A stretch of 63,825 bases of DNA, counting the filler, from Octopus bimaculoides (lineage: Eukaryota): assembly GCF_001194135.2 (NCBI RefSeq). It is 8 parts of 6 records of this genome, joined end to end, with 100 filler letters (N's around TTAATTAATTAA, not from the genome) between each part and the next. Parts side by side here need not be neighbours in the genome. Positions count along the whole stretch, not along the records: positions 23,000 to 46,872 come from NC_068983.1; positions 46,973 to 54,316 come from NC_068982.1; 6 more parts are not named here. One strand, written 5' to 3'. Made by a program: the position numbers and the translations under genes. Below are positions 38,221 through 51,172 of the stretch, in pieces. The notes beneath the pieces were generated by a model. It did not search any database. It was given only the letters and a program-made list of their open reading frames with translations, and was not told the origin of the DNA. How positions within the stretch are numbered: position 1 is the stretch's first letter; each line of letters begins with the position of its first letter.

Positions 38221-38469
38221 AAGCCAATAAGGAGCCAATATGATACCTTAGCCTACTAGAAATAGCAATCAAGTATCACTAAAATTAAAGCCTTATCAAT
38301 TTCATAAAAGAAAGACACATTGAATTGTGTGGTCATATACACACAGTGTCTGAGGTCAAAAATGTGATAATGGCAGGAATTCCATGGATCAAGACAAACC
38401 TGGGACTAAACAGCAATAATAAAAACTAAACTTCAAGTTTATTTTTTAGGTAGTAAAATTGCACTGGTA

Positions 38470-39790
38470 TGATTATGTACTGCACATGGATAACAACAGA
38501 AGTGCATAAAGAGTGCCAATTACTTAAAGAGGATTGAACTTGAGGAAAAGAGAGAGACCCAAGAAGACAAGGGCAGAAGTAATGAATGTTGGTTTCAAGA
38601 TGTTGACTCTCACACTGTAGATGACAAAGGACCAAGATGCTTTGCATCTTGTTGTGTTTATGAAGACCTTAATGATTATGCTCATGTTGAAACACTCACA
38701 GGGCCCTGCCCCTGTACCCAATATATTCCACACCTCTCATTTTCCTTACACCTATAACTCTTTCACTTTTTTAACAATGTTTAAAATCCAGCTGCTATAA
38801 TCATTTTGCAGCAGAATCCGCACATATTTTATCCCCTTTGTGCTACTAGTTATCTCCCCACTCCCCCTCAAACCACTTCTTTTAGCTCTTTTGCTAACAA
38901 CCCACCAGACTCCACCCTAGGACTATGATACAAAAACCTACTGTTTTAAAGTGATCTAAATCATAATCCTCCATCAAAATTTTATGCCAATTTATGTTCT
39001 AGATACCAGCTTAATAATGACAAAATTATTTTACTAAATTCTTTATGATTTTAAAATTTGATTGAAGCAAAGGTAGTGTATGTTAATGGAAATATGATTA
39101 GAAAAGAGTTAACATTTATCTCTCATTTTCAACATCATTACCTCCCACACTGATCTCCCCTTTCAGTGTCTTTCAGTTAACACTCTCTCTCCTCTGAGAT
39201 ATATTTTAGGACTGTCATATCTCATCTATCACTCTCAACAACCAGCTCATATCTGCCAGCAAACAGCTCCCCCTTCCCATCCTACCACCACTTTTGTCCT
39301 CACCTCACTCACTACAGCCACCACTACATACCTTTGACCTCCATCTCTGTCCCTGCACTTCCAACCTCTCTCACACACACAGATCATCTCCCTATTGTTT
39401 TTTTAAAATCTATCTATAGGTGCTTTAAATCTATCTATAGTACTGCTTTCCACCCTTCCTGCGCTACTTATCACTTCTTTCATGAGCTATTTCTTTTACC
39501 TTCTCTCCACTATACTAATATTAACCATCATCCACACCTCCACCCTTGAATACCATTCACTACGTTTCCCTCTACTGTCATTTCAAACCATCTGTCATTC
39601 CCTTCTTACACTTTATGAACTTATCTATCCAGCCTTTCTAAATCTCAGTTTATATTCTCTTATACAGTGATGAGGTGTTAGAGCTTATACTTTGAGCATA
39701 AGCTCTAACACCTCATTGCTGATATCCTTATTTTCTTTACTATCCACCACTCTTATATAACATAGGGTTGCCATGTATCTCTTCTATAGC
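38470..39790 (+). mobile_element. Old RTE LINE 3' end (ORF terminus plus long UTR)
   Basis: LRKRERPKKTRAEVMNVGFKMLTLTL*MTKDQDALHLVVFMKT resembles the RTE end GRGRPRKTWxEVVxxDL...EKT; downstream sequence is paralogous to 15975-16470. Confidence 0.65.
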
Positions 39791-40474
39791 AAGTAATTCA
39801 ACAAGAAGGATAATAATAATAATTGCAAGACTAAAAACAATGACGATGAAGATGAATGTAACTAAAACAAAAAAACATGAACAATAGCAGGAATAGACAC
39901 AATACTCATTGAAAATATTTAGAAATAAAATATAAGATGGGAAGGGGAAAACAGTGTATTAAATAAACACTTTAGGGTTAAAGAAAAGAGAAAATATAAA
40001 GAACTTTTTTAATACAATTGTTGAAGAGGCATTAGGTCATATTTTGGATGCATGCTGCTAAATATTGGCTAATCACATTACATGATTATACATGTATATT
40101 ATGTATGCATGATACACACACACACACGTACAGACATACATGGACACATCTACATTTACAAGTATGGCATAAGTGTATATGTATGTGCGTGCATGATATT
40201 AACAGTTTCATATCACCAATATGTATTGATATATATTGGCAGCAATCTTCAATCAAATTAAAATGTCTGTGGAGGAGCAGCCATTATTAAAAATGGCAGA
40301 TAAGAACATAAATCATGCGTAACTAAATATTGAGACAACAAACTGAAAGCAAAAATAAACTGATTTAAATCAGGGGGTAACAGTTCATATCAACTGATAT
40401 TGTTTGCTACCTCCCTTTGATTGAATTTCCCTCCCCTTCATAACTTCATGCTTAGTGCACATTTAGCCAGATAG

Positions 40475-40524
<50 letters not shown>

Positions 40525-41089
40525 ATATGCACACTTGCACACACATATGAATGCACATGTATGTATATATGTACATACACAAATCCATGTACATTTATGT
40601 TAGACACTGTGTCATCCACAACCCACTACCTCAGTACAGTAACTTATCAATAGAACACTGCAACACACCAATGTCAACCATGCACCAGAAGAGAGCAAAG
40701 CCATTATCAACACCATTAAGTTTGCAAACCCTACACTACCTTTTACTCCTTCATCAGGTTGCATCCATCACTCCACAAGACATTTCCAAAATTGTTATCA
40801 CAAACACTTAACAGAAGAACATAAGAAACTTGCCTCAACCTATGATAGACTTGGAGCTGAGAAGAATTGTGTGGTAAAACGATAAGGCACCACACAAGCA
40901 TATAAACTTCAACAGATTAAACTTAATCTATTAAGAACCACACCTTCTGAAAAGACCATATGAGCCATGAGTTTCAACTGCATTTATTGGTAAAATGTAG
41001 CTTTCTGAATTCATACAGCACGTGAGAACTATATGCAATAAGTTCGTTCTTCTTAGCATTACTGTTGTTATTAGTATTATTAATAATAA

Positions 41090-41285
41090 TGCTTTCAAAT
41101 TTTGGCACAAAGCCAGTAATTTTGGGGGAGAGGGTAAGTTGATTACATGGACTCCATGGATCAACTGGTACTTATTTTATCCACACCAAAAAGATGAAAG
41201 GCTAAGTCAACCTTGGCAGAATTTGAACTTAGATCATAAAAACAGATTACATGCTGCTAATGACTCTGCCAGTTCACTGCCTTAT
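41090..41285 (-). mobile_element. Old SINE A' copy
   Basis: TTTGGCACAAAGCCAG...GATGAAAGGCTAAGTCAACCTTGGCAGAATTTGAACTT; CpG-decayed. Confidence 0.75.
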
Positions 41286-41287
41286 TA

Positions 41288-41352
<65 letters not shown>

Positions 41353-42000
41353 CTTCGTATATTTTACCTCACTGTCACTTTGATGGCATGCACTGCTCTC
41401 TCACTTAGTAATTATAATAATAATAATAATACCCTGATGCAGTACCAGGCAGTGGCTCTCATGGCTTCTGATTTTAACTGATTGGAAGTGTCATGTACAT
41501 TGTTTTGACATGGTATAAAAGATGGACAACAGCAAACATTCTGTTTCATACCACAGATTTGCTTGTCAGTTGTTTGACCATAACCAGTTGAGCATGCCTC
41601 TCAGTGGCTGATGATATGTGCATCTCTGATCAGGAGCAGAAGTAGTGGGGGAGCATTAGAGTCAAGTATTGAGAGGAATTCTTTGGTATTTGAATATTTC
41701 GCCTCTGGAAGCATGGGTGTTTCGTACAACATCCTTAAACAACCCTTACTCAGGGACATTTTGAGCAAGATGGGCTACTTGACCCAAAGAAAATTCTAAA
41801 TGGGCCCCACCTGCAAGGTCAAGTACTGTTTATCTTGATATAAGATCACCATGTCACACACATATGATTGTGATGCATGTGCCTGGTGTACCCTTATCGG
41901 ACGGGTATCATGATGGGTATACTGAGCTTCATATATTTTACCATAATGTCACTTTGATGGCATGCACTGCTCTCTCACTCAATAATAATAATAATAATAA
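41353..42000 (+). mobile_element. Unclassified retro-like unit bounded by 53-bp direct repeats, each followed by (AAT)n
   Basis: CTTCRTATATTTTACC..TGTCACTTTGATGGCATGCACTGCTCTCTCACT at 41353-41405 and 41927-41979. Confidence 0.6.
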
Positions 42001-42220
42001 TAGCATGATAGCAGAACTGTTAGCATACCAGACAAAATGATTAATGGAATTTTATCTGTCATTATATTTTGAGCTCAAAATTTATTGAGGTTGACAGTGC
42101 CTTTCATTCTTTCAGAGTCAATAAAATATGTACCACTCAGGAACTGTGGTTGATGTAATTGACTTCCATTTCCCACTCCAAAAACATGCTAGCCCTGTGC
42201 CAAAATTTAAAACCATTATT
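42000..42220 (+). mobile_element. Old SINE A-related copy
   Basis: GCAGAACTGTTAGCA...GCCTTTCATTCTTTCAGAGTCAATAAAAT; decayed. Confidence 0.65.
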
Positions 42221-42308
42221 ATGTGTTGAAAACTCACAGCTTATTTTGCTGGGTATGATGGAAAATGTCAAGAATCTTGCGAAAAATTATTATTATTAAT
42301 ATTATTAA

Positions 42309-42341
<33 letters not shown>

Positions 42342-43632
42342 CATCATTATTATTATTATAAGCTGTTGTTTCAAACAATGACCAACAAGAAAAGTTCTTC
42401 TTTGACTTTGATTCATGATAGTGTAGACACAATGGATAACAAGAAATGTCAGAGTAGTAGTTGTTGCATATGCAGGTAAGGAACATGGTGTGAGAGAGAG
42501 AAGCACTCGGAGAGAAAAAGAAAGAGAATTTGGAAGTGAATGAGGTTGGAAATGGATAAAAAATAATAGTGAGAAGGAAAAGTTAGAACGTGAAGAAAGA
42601 AGAGGAATATTATCTTAAGATTTTTTCTTTGGGCACATCATAGCAAATGCAGCAAGCAGCCTGTTAAAAGTATTCTTCCTATATGTCTCTGTGCACAATA
42701 TAGATATGGTCAGAATCAGGTTGTTCGTGAGACAATTTTCACATGTAAGCATATACACTCATATAAATAGTAGAAGTTCAGGAGCTCACATATATAGAAA
42801 GGGTTTTACATACACATACAGTGGAAGCTAAGTTACCAGCTCACATATCCTGAGAGAGAGAGAAAGGGGGTGGAGATAGATGGAGAGAGAGAAAGGGGGT
42901 GGAGATAGATGGAGAGAGAGAGGGAGACAGGATGCATGATATGGTGGTAATTAAGCAATGTATATGTATAACAATTGTATGTATACTGTATAGACGTACA
43001 TGTGCACTGGTATGCAAATTTCTACATAGCCATGGGACTTAGGCACACACATTTGTCATTATATCATTATTTGAATATATTCTTAAGGTCAACTTGTAGT
43101 TACTTGCGAACGCTTCTGGGATTCATCACTAACTCAGTTCTCAACCAAATTGAATGTGGTTTTTTAGCAATGATGGTCCAGTCTTCAAGTACATTTGAGA
43201 TAAAATAATAGAAATTTGGGTCATTAAAAAAATGTAAAGATAAAAGTGGAAGAGTAAGGCAAAAAATTAACTATGAATGAAAATATCTCAGTTATTTTAA
43301 AAGAAAAGTATAAATTAATTGGGTTTAAAAGAATGTGTTCATTGAGAGGAATCTTTTGGTGAAAACCTCGAAAATTAGCTTGGAAAAAAGTAGTGTGGCT
43401 CTAAGTGATGAAGAAAATAGTAAGTAACCCCCAAAACTGATTTTGAATCAAGATATCTCAGATATTGTAAAAGAAAACTAAACTAGAGTTGTGTTCAAAT
43501 GAAAGAGTTCTATGAGATGAATCTTATAGTGAAAACCTCAAAAAGACAAAAAAGTGGAGTGGCTTTGAGTGACAGAAAAAAGTTGATCATTTTAACAAAG
43601 CAAAATATTTTTGTCATTTTAAGATATTTAGC

Positions 43633-43633
<1 letters not shown>

Positions 43634-43666
<33 letters not shown>

Positions 43667-43742
43667 GTTTAACGTCCGCCTTCCATGCTAGCATGGGTTG
43701 GACGATTTGACTGAGGACTAGTGAACCAGATGGCTACACCAG
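43634..43742 (-). mobile_element. Young RTE-type 3' tail with (GAT)n
   Basis: (CAT)nCGTTTAACGTCCGCCTTCCATGCTAGCATGGGTTGGACG; CpGs retained. Confidence 0.8.
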
Positions 43743-44694
43743 AAAAAAGTATCTGATGCTATGGGTTGCTTAGCTTAATGCTACGGAGTACTTAACTAGA
43801 GCTTGAGAGTTGTGGGACTCAATACTCTGTAATGGCTTGTTGGCCACTTTTCTTCTATTACCGAAGGGTATTTAGCCGATCTTCCAAGCACAACTATTTT
43901 GCAAGATGAAACAACTCTCTGAAAAGAACCTTATGGGGAAAACCTTGTCAAAAGATATTAGTTACAAAAAAGTTGTGTGGGTTTAAGTGATGATTTCAAG
44001 AAATCACTTTTAAGAGAAAAATTGTATCATTTGGACTCAAATGAAGGATTTCATAGAGATGAATATTTCAGAGAGAAACTTAATGAAAAATCTCAAGCAT
44101 AAAAAAATCTTGATTTTTTTTTTGCAATTTCATATTAATTCTTATTATTCTTGTGATGTATTAATATATGTACATATTAAAAACACATAAAAATTTTAAA
44201 ATTCACTCATTAAAGAAACTAATTAATTATTTAAATAGGATATAGCATTATTTTATAATAANNNNNNNNNNNNNNNNNNNNNNNNNNNNNNNNNNNNNNN
44301 NNNNNNNNNNNNNNNNNNNNNNNNNNNNNNNNNNNNNNNNNNNNNNNNNNNNNNNNNNNNNNNNNNNNNNNNNNNNNNNNNNNNNNNNNNNNNNNNNNNN
44401 NNNNNNNNNNNNNNNNNNNNNNNNNNNNNNNNNNNNNNNNNNNNNNNNNNNNNNNNNNNNNNNNNNNNNNNNNNNNNNNNNNNNNNNNNNNNNNNNNNNN
44501 NNNNNNNNNNNNNNNNNNNNNNNNNNNNNNNNNNNNNNNNNNNNNNNNNNNNNNNNNNNNNNNNNNNNNNNNNNNNNNNNNNNNNNNNNNNNNNNNNNNN
44601 NNNNNNNNNNNNNNNNNNNNNNNNNNNNNNNNNNNNNNNNNNNNNNNNNNNNNNNNNNNNNNNNNNNNNNNNNNNNNNNNNNNNNNNNTATATA

Positions 44695-44835
44695 CACAAT
44701 GGGCTTCTTTCAGTTACCGTCTACCAAATCCACTCACAAGGCCTTGTTCAACCAGAAGCTATAGTAGAAGACACTTGCCCAAGGTGCCATGCAGTGGGAC
44801 TGAACCCAGAACCATGTGGTTGGGAAGCAAGCTTC
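44695..44835 (-). mobile_element. SINE B 5' half
   Basis: GGGCTTCTTTCAGTT...GACACTTGCCCAAGG...CTTACCACACAGCC. Confidence 0.85.
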
Positions 44836-44942
44836 TTACCACACAGCCACACCTGCACCTATACAATAGTATCATGTTATCAATTATGAAAGGAGATATA
44901 ATTAATTATAATAATAAAGGCATGGCCTGGAAAAAAAGGTGG

Positions 44943-45898
44943 ACTAGAATGAAGACTGTGGATTTAGAATCCTAGAATATTCTTAAGTATTGAATCTGGA
45001 AATGTACAGAACAATCAGTAGTAATTAAACTTGGAAAAATACAGGACAAGAAGAATAAAACTTAAAATATTGTTGCTGAAGCTAGAATTTGTTAAATAAA
45101 CTTCAGAAATTGTTCATCAAACAGTGTGTGCACTGTTTTGTTTTTATTTTTATTTATTCTTTTTTTTTTGCTTTTTATTGCAATTTAAAAAAATTTAAGT
45201 TAATACATTTGATTTAAAGATTTGTTTGTGTTATGCTAAACCATTTGTTTTATTTTTAATATTATACTATTTTTCAAATTTTATTTTCTTAACAAAACTC
45301 ATTATCCCAAAATTTTAAATCACAGACATTGTGTTATAAAATTAAACTCATGTAGAATATATGTAATTCAAAAGAGTAAAAAACAGTAAAAAAATTTTTC
45401 TTAAGAGACAAAAGAATTAATTTCTTTAAAGTTTGCATTATCAAATAACAAAGTATTTTCTATTTACAGTTAGAAAAATGTTTTTAAAAAATGAAAGCTA
45501 ATGAACAAATCGAGTGCAAAATGTAGTAATGACTTACTTTTTTTTTTAAACTTTAGGGGTTATAAATGTCAATCTTGCTTAAATTGTTACTATGTGAGTT
45601 TTTTAAATACATAAATTTGTAATATGAAATTTTTAATGTGTATACTTGCAGGCAATTAGTCCTTCCACTAAAACTGAAAATAAATAGCTTCTTGAATATT
45701 TTAATTTAAACTTCTAAGTAAAAATAAAAAATATAAAAGAGCATTTATTACTATTTTAGCTTTTAAATTCTAACTTCAGCAGCAACATCATAAGTTTTTC
45801 TCTTATCCTTTCCAGGCATAATTACTGCTTGTTTTGTACTTTTCCAGGTTCAAAACTTTAGAATATTCTAGGATTCTGCACTCACATTTTTCATTCTA

Positions 45899-45900
<2 letters not shown>
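44943..45900. mobile_element. Non-autonomous DNA transposon-like foldback with ~160-bp TIRs
   Basis: 44943-45105 matches the rc of ~45750-45900 (ACTAGAATGAA..AGAATCCTAGAATATTCT..CTGGAAA.GTACA.AACAA); AT-rich interior. Confidence 0.75.
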
Positions 45901-45929
<29 letters not shown>

Positions 45930-47019
45930 TATCATTCAACCACAGTAGAAAAAAAGTTACATCAAAAGATCTGTAACCTCAAGGGGGGCAGTAAGGCACC
46001 TATTCACCTTCAATTAATATATTTTTTTTAATTTTTAAATAAAAGTATACTTTTCTTAGGCTTAAATAATAGAAAAATGCATGAGGAATTCAGATTCATT
46101 AGTCACATTGAACAATAATTACTAGAAAAAAAGTTATTTGGTGAAATGTGATGCAATTTATTGTCAGTAAGTAAGGAAGGAAGGAATAATATTAAGATGA
46201 GAATATATTTCTAAAATGAATGTCAACATTGTAATGCAGCAAGTTGGCAGAAACATTAGTGTGCCAAGTAAAATGCTTAGTGGTATTTTGTCTGTCTTTT
46301 TGTTCTAAATTCAAATTCCACCAAGGTTGACTTTACCTTTTGTATATTTTATCTTTTTAATTAAGTGTTTAATGAACTTATTTACAATATGCTGTTGAAT
46401 TAGGGTAAGTTTAACTTTTATTATTAATTTTCCCTTTCAGCTTTAATTAACTTGCTTTCTGCTTTTTTTGCTTTTCCTTTTTAGTTGCTTTTCTTTTCTT
46501 TTTAGTTAATTATTTAATCAGGCTAGTTCATTAATGTGTAATATACATCAGATATGGGCATCTAAATTTATTGAGGCAGGAATATAGTCATTTTTGGCTG
46601 TGTCTTTATGGGCAGACATGAAGGCATGTAGTAAGGCTGTCTAGAAAAGGCATTGGTTAAAAGTGCTTGTATTCTAAATTTAGTTTTTAAATTCCAAAAT
46701 TAATTAAAAGAGATTTTTCATAAATCAAATTTACATTAATGGGATATAGGTAATTTTAATTTGTGTATATCTGATATGCTTTTATAATTACTGTTGTATT
46801 GAATAATTATTGATAGATCTAGATTAGCAGCAGTCAGTGCTATTATCCCCAACTCAAAATCTAGGTTACTTANNNNNNNNNNNNNNNNNNNNNNNNNNNN
46901 NNNNNNNNNNNNNNNNTTAATTAATTAANNNNNNNNNNNNNNNNNNNNNNNNNNNNNNNNNNNNNNNNNNNNATATATATATATATACATACATACATAC
47001 ATACATACATACATGTATA

Positions 47020-47820
47020 CTCAACCAGTGACACACGACTACATGAACTAAAGGATACACTCATTACAAGGAACTACCCACCATCACTATATATAGGCTT
47101 TCAACACGCCAAACAACTCAACATCCACGAACTCAGACATCCCAAATTAAAGAAAGATTTACAACCAAAAGCCCTAACATACACAGACAGTTGTCTCCAC
47201 AGACAACCCTCTTAACAATAAAGACTTCAACACTATCTTCCCGAACATTCCCCTACTAAAAAGGGACCACATAATCAATTTAATCCTCCAAACGCTCACC
47301 ATCATAAAGAGCAAAAGATAACTCAAACTCTATGAAAAGTCTCCTAACACAAGCCTGAATACGCTCGACAACAACACTGAAGCCGTCAGTAAAAAAAAGG
47401 GGAAGGCCTAATTGTGGTACATGCGTCAACCTAATTGAGAGATAAGAGTTCTCTTTCAAACAGGGTCAACGTTTTACAGCGAAAAACAAGTTCACATGTG
47501 CTTCAGATAACCCAATATGTGTATTAGCTTGCTCTGGGTACCGAGAGCAACACATAGGCCAAACCAAAAATAGTCTAGGTCAAAGGATGGCTCTACATAG
47601 ATCCCAAATCGAAATTCTTTTTCTTCTTTTTCTTCGCCTCCTTCCTCAACTACTACTGCAGCTTAAACAATCAAAACCAAGAACTCATACCAAATATGGT
47701 ATGAGACAGAGACAGACAGAAAAAAGGAAAATGTCCCTTGCATTTGAAAACTATGGAAATATCTTTAAAAAGCATTTCACTTAATTTTGCCACAATCTAA
47801 TTGCTTTTTATGCTTTACTC
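47020..47820 (+). mobile_element. Penelope-like element C-terminal region with GIY-YIG endonuclease, decayed
   Basis: DTRLHELKDTLITRNYP...GRPNCGTCVNL...FTCASDNPICVLACSGYREQHIGQTKNSLGQRMALHRSQI shows the Cys motifs and the IY/YIGQT GIY-YIG pattern. Confidence 0.85.
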
Positions 47821-47825
47821 TAAAT

Positions 47826-50720
47826 TGAAATTGATTCCTTCAACCCCAGCATCCCCATCAAGTCCTCAGATCTTCTTTTATCGAATAGTTTCACACCACA
47901 CATTGCTCTCACCATAGCTTTCTCGATCCTTCTCAAAACTGCCATTCCACTTTCCCTCAGACACCATGTCTCACTCCCATACAGCATTGCAGATCTCCCG
48001 CAACTCCGATAAAACCTTCCTTTCATCTTCAAGGCGATCTTTTCCCATATAATAATACTCCGCATTTCCTGAACTTCACCCAGCCAAGTCCCGCTCTTGC
48101 TGTCACAGCTGCTTCACATCCACCACTCACATGCAACCCTATCTCCCAAATAACAAGACCTTCTCACCATTTCCACCTCGTCACATAGCGTTTCCACTGG
48201 TTCCGCTAGCCCTCCAGCTCCTTTCTTACATTTTCCACAAAAAAAATCTTTCCTTTCTTGGGGTCACCTTATTCATTTTCGTACATCTACCAGGAATCCA
48301 TTTTCCAAATTTCGTACACAACACCGCATTTGCCACTACCCTCCTCCCACACACACCACATGGATCTATCTTACTTGCTAACAGTTTTCCTTCCACCCCG
48401 CTCACCATCACCTTTGTCTTTCCGAGGTTTACCTTCAAACCCTTACTTTCAAACGCCTCCTTCCATTTCCGAAGCTTCTTTCTCAATCCCTCCATCGTCT
48501 CACTCACCAAAACGAGGTCATTCGCATACAGTATCTCCATTATCAATCCCTCTTTTGCACTCTCCTTCACCACATCAGCCACTATTGCAAACAACAACAG
48601 TAACAACACAGATCCCTGATGCACACCAACTTTCACTGGAAACTCCTCCAACAAATCTGAACCAATTCTAACTCTTGTCTTTACTCCATCATACAAACTC
48701 ATCACTGCCCTCACTATTACCTCTAGTACACTTCTCTTCCTCAATGCCTACTCAATCACCTTCCTTGGAACCCTATCAAATGCCTTCTCCAGATCAACGA
48801 AGCAGATGTACAACTATTCTTCATTTCGGTATATCTCCTGCAATCTCCTTACAATGAACGCTGCATCTATTATCCCCTTTCCTAGCATAAAACCAAATTG
48901 CATCACATCCACATCCACTTCTTTCCTGATTTCTCCTCTCCAACACCATTTCCACAATCTTCATTGCGTTCTCCAATAACTTCACTCCTCTATACGCCAC
49001 ACAACTCATCGCATCTCCCTTTCCCTTGAAGATCGGTACCACCACACTTAGTGCCCAATCATCTGGCATTCCTCTTCCATGCAGCACACCCTGACAGAGC
49101 TCCATTAACACAAGAATCCCTATCTCTTCACTTGCAATTATCATTTCCACACTTACTTCATTGTCTCTGCTACTTCTTTCTGACCAACCCTCTCCACCGG
49201 CCCCTTCACCATAGCAGCTTCTATGCTCTCATCCTATTGATTCTCCTCATTCATAGTTCCTTCCATAAGCTCTTTCTAAACTTTTCCCCTGTCCTCCTCA
49301 CTAAAATTCAACCTTCCATCACTCCCCCTCATACATCTTCCTTCTTCAACATCTCTTCCATCTTCTTTCATTGGTTTCATCAACCTAAACACTTTATCTG
49401 GGTTTTCATCCAACCCGCTCAACTGCTCCTCAGCCTCCTTCCTCATAGATCTCGCAACTACTCTCTTTGCACGATTCTTCATGTTTTTATACTTGGCTTT
49501 CATTTGTTCAGTCCTATTATTATATAAAGCTTTGTGCGCCTCCTTCTTCCTCGTTATCGCATCCTTCACCTCCTCATTCCACCACCACGTATCTCTTCGA
49601 TCTCTTCTACCTCTCGTCCTTACACACACTTCGCCACATGCCTTTAGTAACCCTTCCTTAAAAGACTTCCACAAACTCTCTCTTCACACCTTGCTCTTAT
49701 TTCTTCTTCCTTTCAGTTTCCACATTTTTCTCCTCTCAACCGTTCTTTTTCTCACATACTTTTTAACTTTCTTCTTATCAAAGTCAGCAACCACCAGCCT
49801 GTGCTGCAACTCTCCTGGTATTGTCTTCACATTTCTCAGATACTTTCTGATGTCCATGCCAACCGATACAAAATCAATCTCTGTCTCATTCCCTCCTGCA
49901 CTGAAAGTCACTTTCCTTTTCTGATTTCCTAAACCACGTATTCGCCACACACAACTCCTTCTCATCGCAAAACTCCAACAGTATCCTTCCTTCTATATTT
50001 CTCTCTACAATTCTGTTTCCCTTATGTGCACCATCAAAGCCCTGGATCCATTTCGCAACATGTCCATTAAAATCACCCCTGCAAAAAAAACCAATTCATC
50101 TATCTTATGTAAGTCCCACTCACTCGCCATTTTATAAAAAAAACATTCCTTCTCAGCGATCCCTCATCGACTTTGCGGACCATACCCACAAATCACCCTC
50201 ATTACTCCTTCCTCAAATTCTCATGCTACTGTCATCAATCTGTCACTCTTTCTCCTGACCTCCACTACATTCTCACAGATTTCTTCCTTCACTGACACTC
50301 CCATTCTTCCAGTCCCCTTGCCATATCCCGACCACCACAACTTGTACCTTCTTCGCTTGACCCGCACAAATCTTGCACCTTGACCCTCCACCTAGCCTCC
50401 TGCACACAGCACACATCTACCCTCCTCCTCCTCAATTTTTCATACACTTCAGTTACCCTGCAACGTACACTGCCCATATTCCAACTTCCCAACGTCACCC
50501 CAAGCTTCTCCTCAGCTCTCGGCCATTATAAGGCAAGTCATGCTTGCGAAACCCAGGATGAGGGTCTGCACCTTCCTTTTTGAGATAGGCTCCTGCAGCC
50601 TACTTTAACTTTTGGGCTGGCTGGTGCCTATGCGTCTTTGCTGTTTCGGTTTTCTTTTTTCTTCAAGTTAGATTTAATTGTGACCGACGTCCTTCGTGGT
50701 GGTTCACTTCGGTTCCATAT
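47826..50720 (-). mobile_element. RTE-clade LINE, near full length, frameshifted and 3'-truncated (APE endonuclease plus RT)
   Basis: APE motifs LGSWNM, VDVCCVQEARW, GDFNGHV and EIDF; RT motifs YRGVKLL, CFVDLEKAFDRVP, GVHQGSVL and LYANDLVL; Cys-rich CGVC..HxxC segment; MLYGSETW. Confidence 0.95.
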
Positions 50721-50808
50721 AGTAGCTGTCAATGCATAGCCAGCTAAGGCTTACATGCATTTGAGAGCATATATGAATAAATGTATTTGTCTGTCCCTCC
50801 CTCCCCCC

Positions 50809-50850
<42 letters not shown>

Positions 50851-51172
50851 GTCTATCTCTATATTATCTATCTATCTATTTATCTACCTATCTATCTATC
50901 TGTCTCTATATATATGTGTGTGTGTGTGTGTGCATGTGTGTGTATGTGCACGCCTGTGTGTATACACACGCACACACACATATGTATATATTTAGTAAAA
51001 TTTCTTTGTGCAATGTATAGGTAGTAGTTTGAAGTGCTCAGATGAAAGCCCGAGCCGCAAGATGTAAGAAATATTAAGGAGAATTCAAATAAGTTCAACA
51101 ACTTATATAAACATATATTCTGTCATGGATCGATGTATTTCAGCTTTTAAATATACAAATGTACCAGTCATT

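Larger units (their letters stand above)
14580..46870. other. CpG-depleted domain, probable methylated gene body
   Basis: By-eye count: about one CG in 23.4-24.7 kb versus about 14 in 480-900. Old SINE copies here show CG to TG/CA decay. Confidence 0.6.

Noticed and set aside
38494-38757. 88-codon open frame with Cys-rich, protein-like look
   Set aside because: An alternative frame matches the RTE ORF terminus; this is a shifted frame of a decayed LINE.
40715-40760. CCTGATGAAGG on the minus strand
   Set aside because: No convincing stem II or GAAAC.
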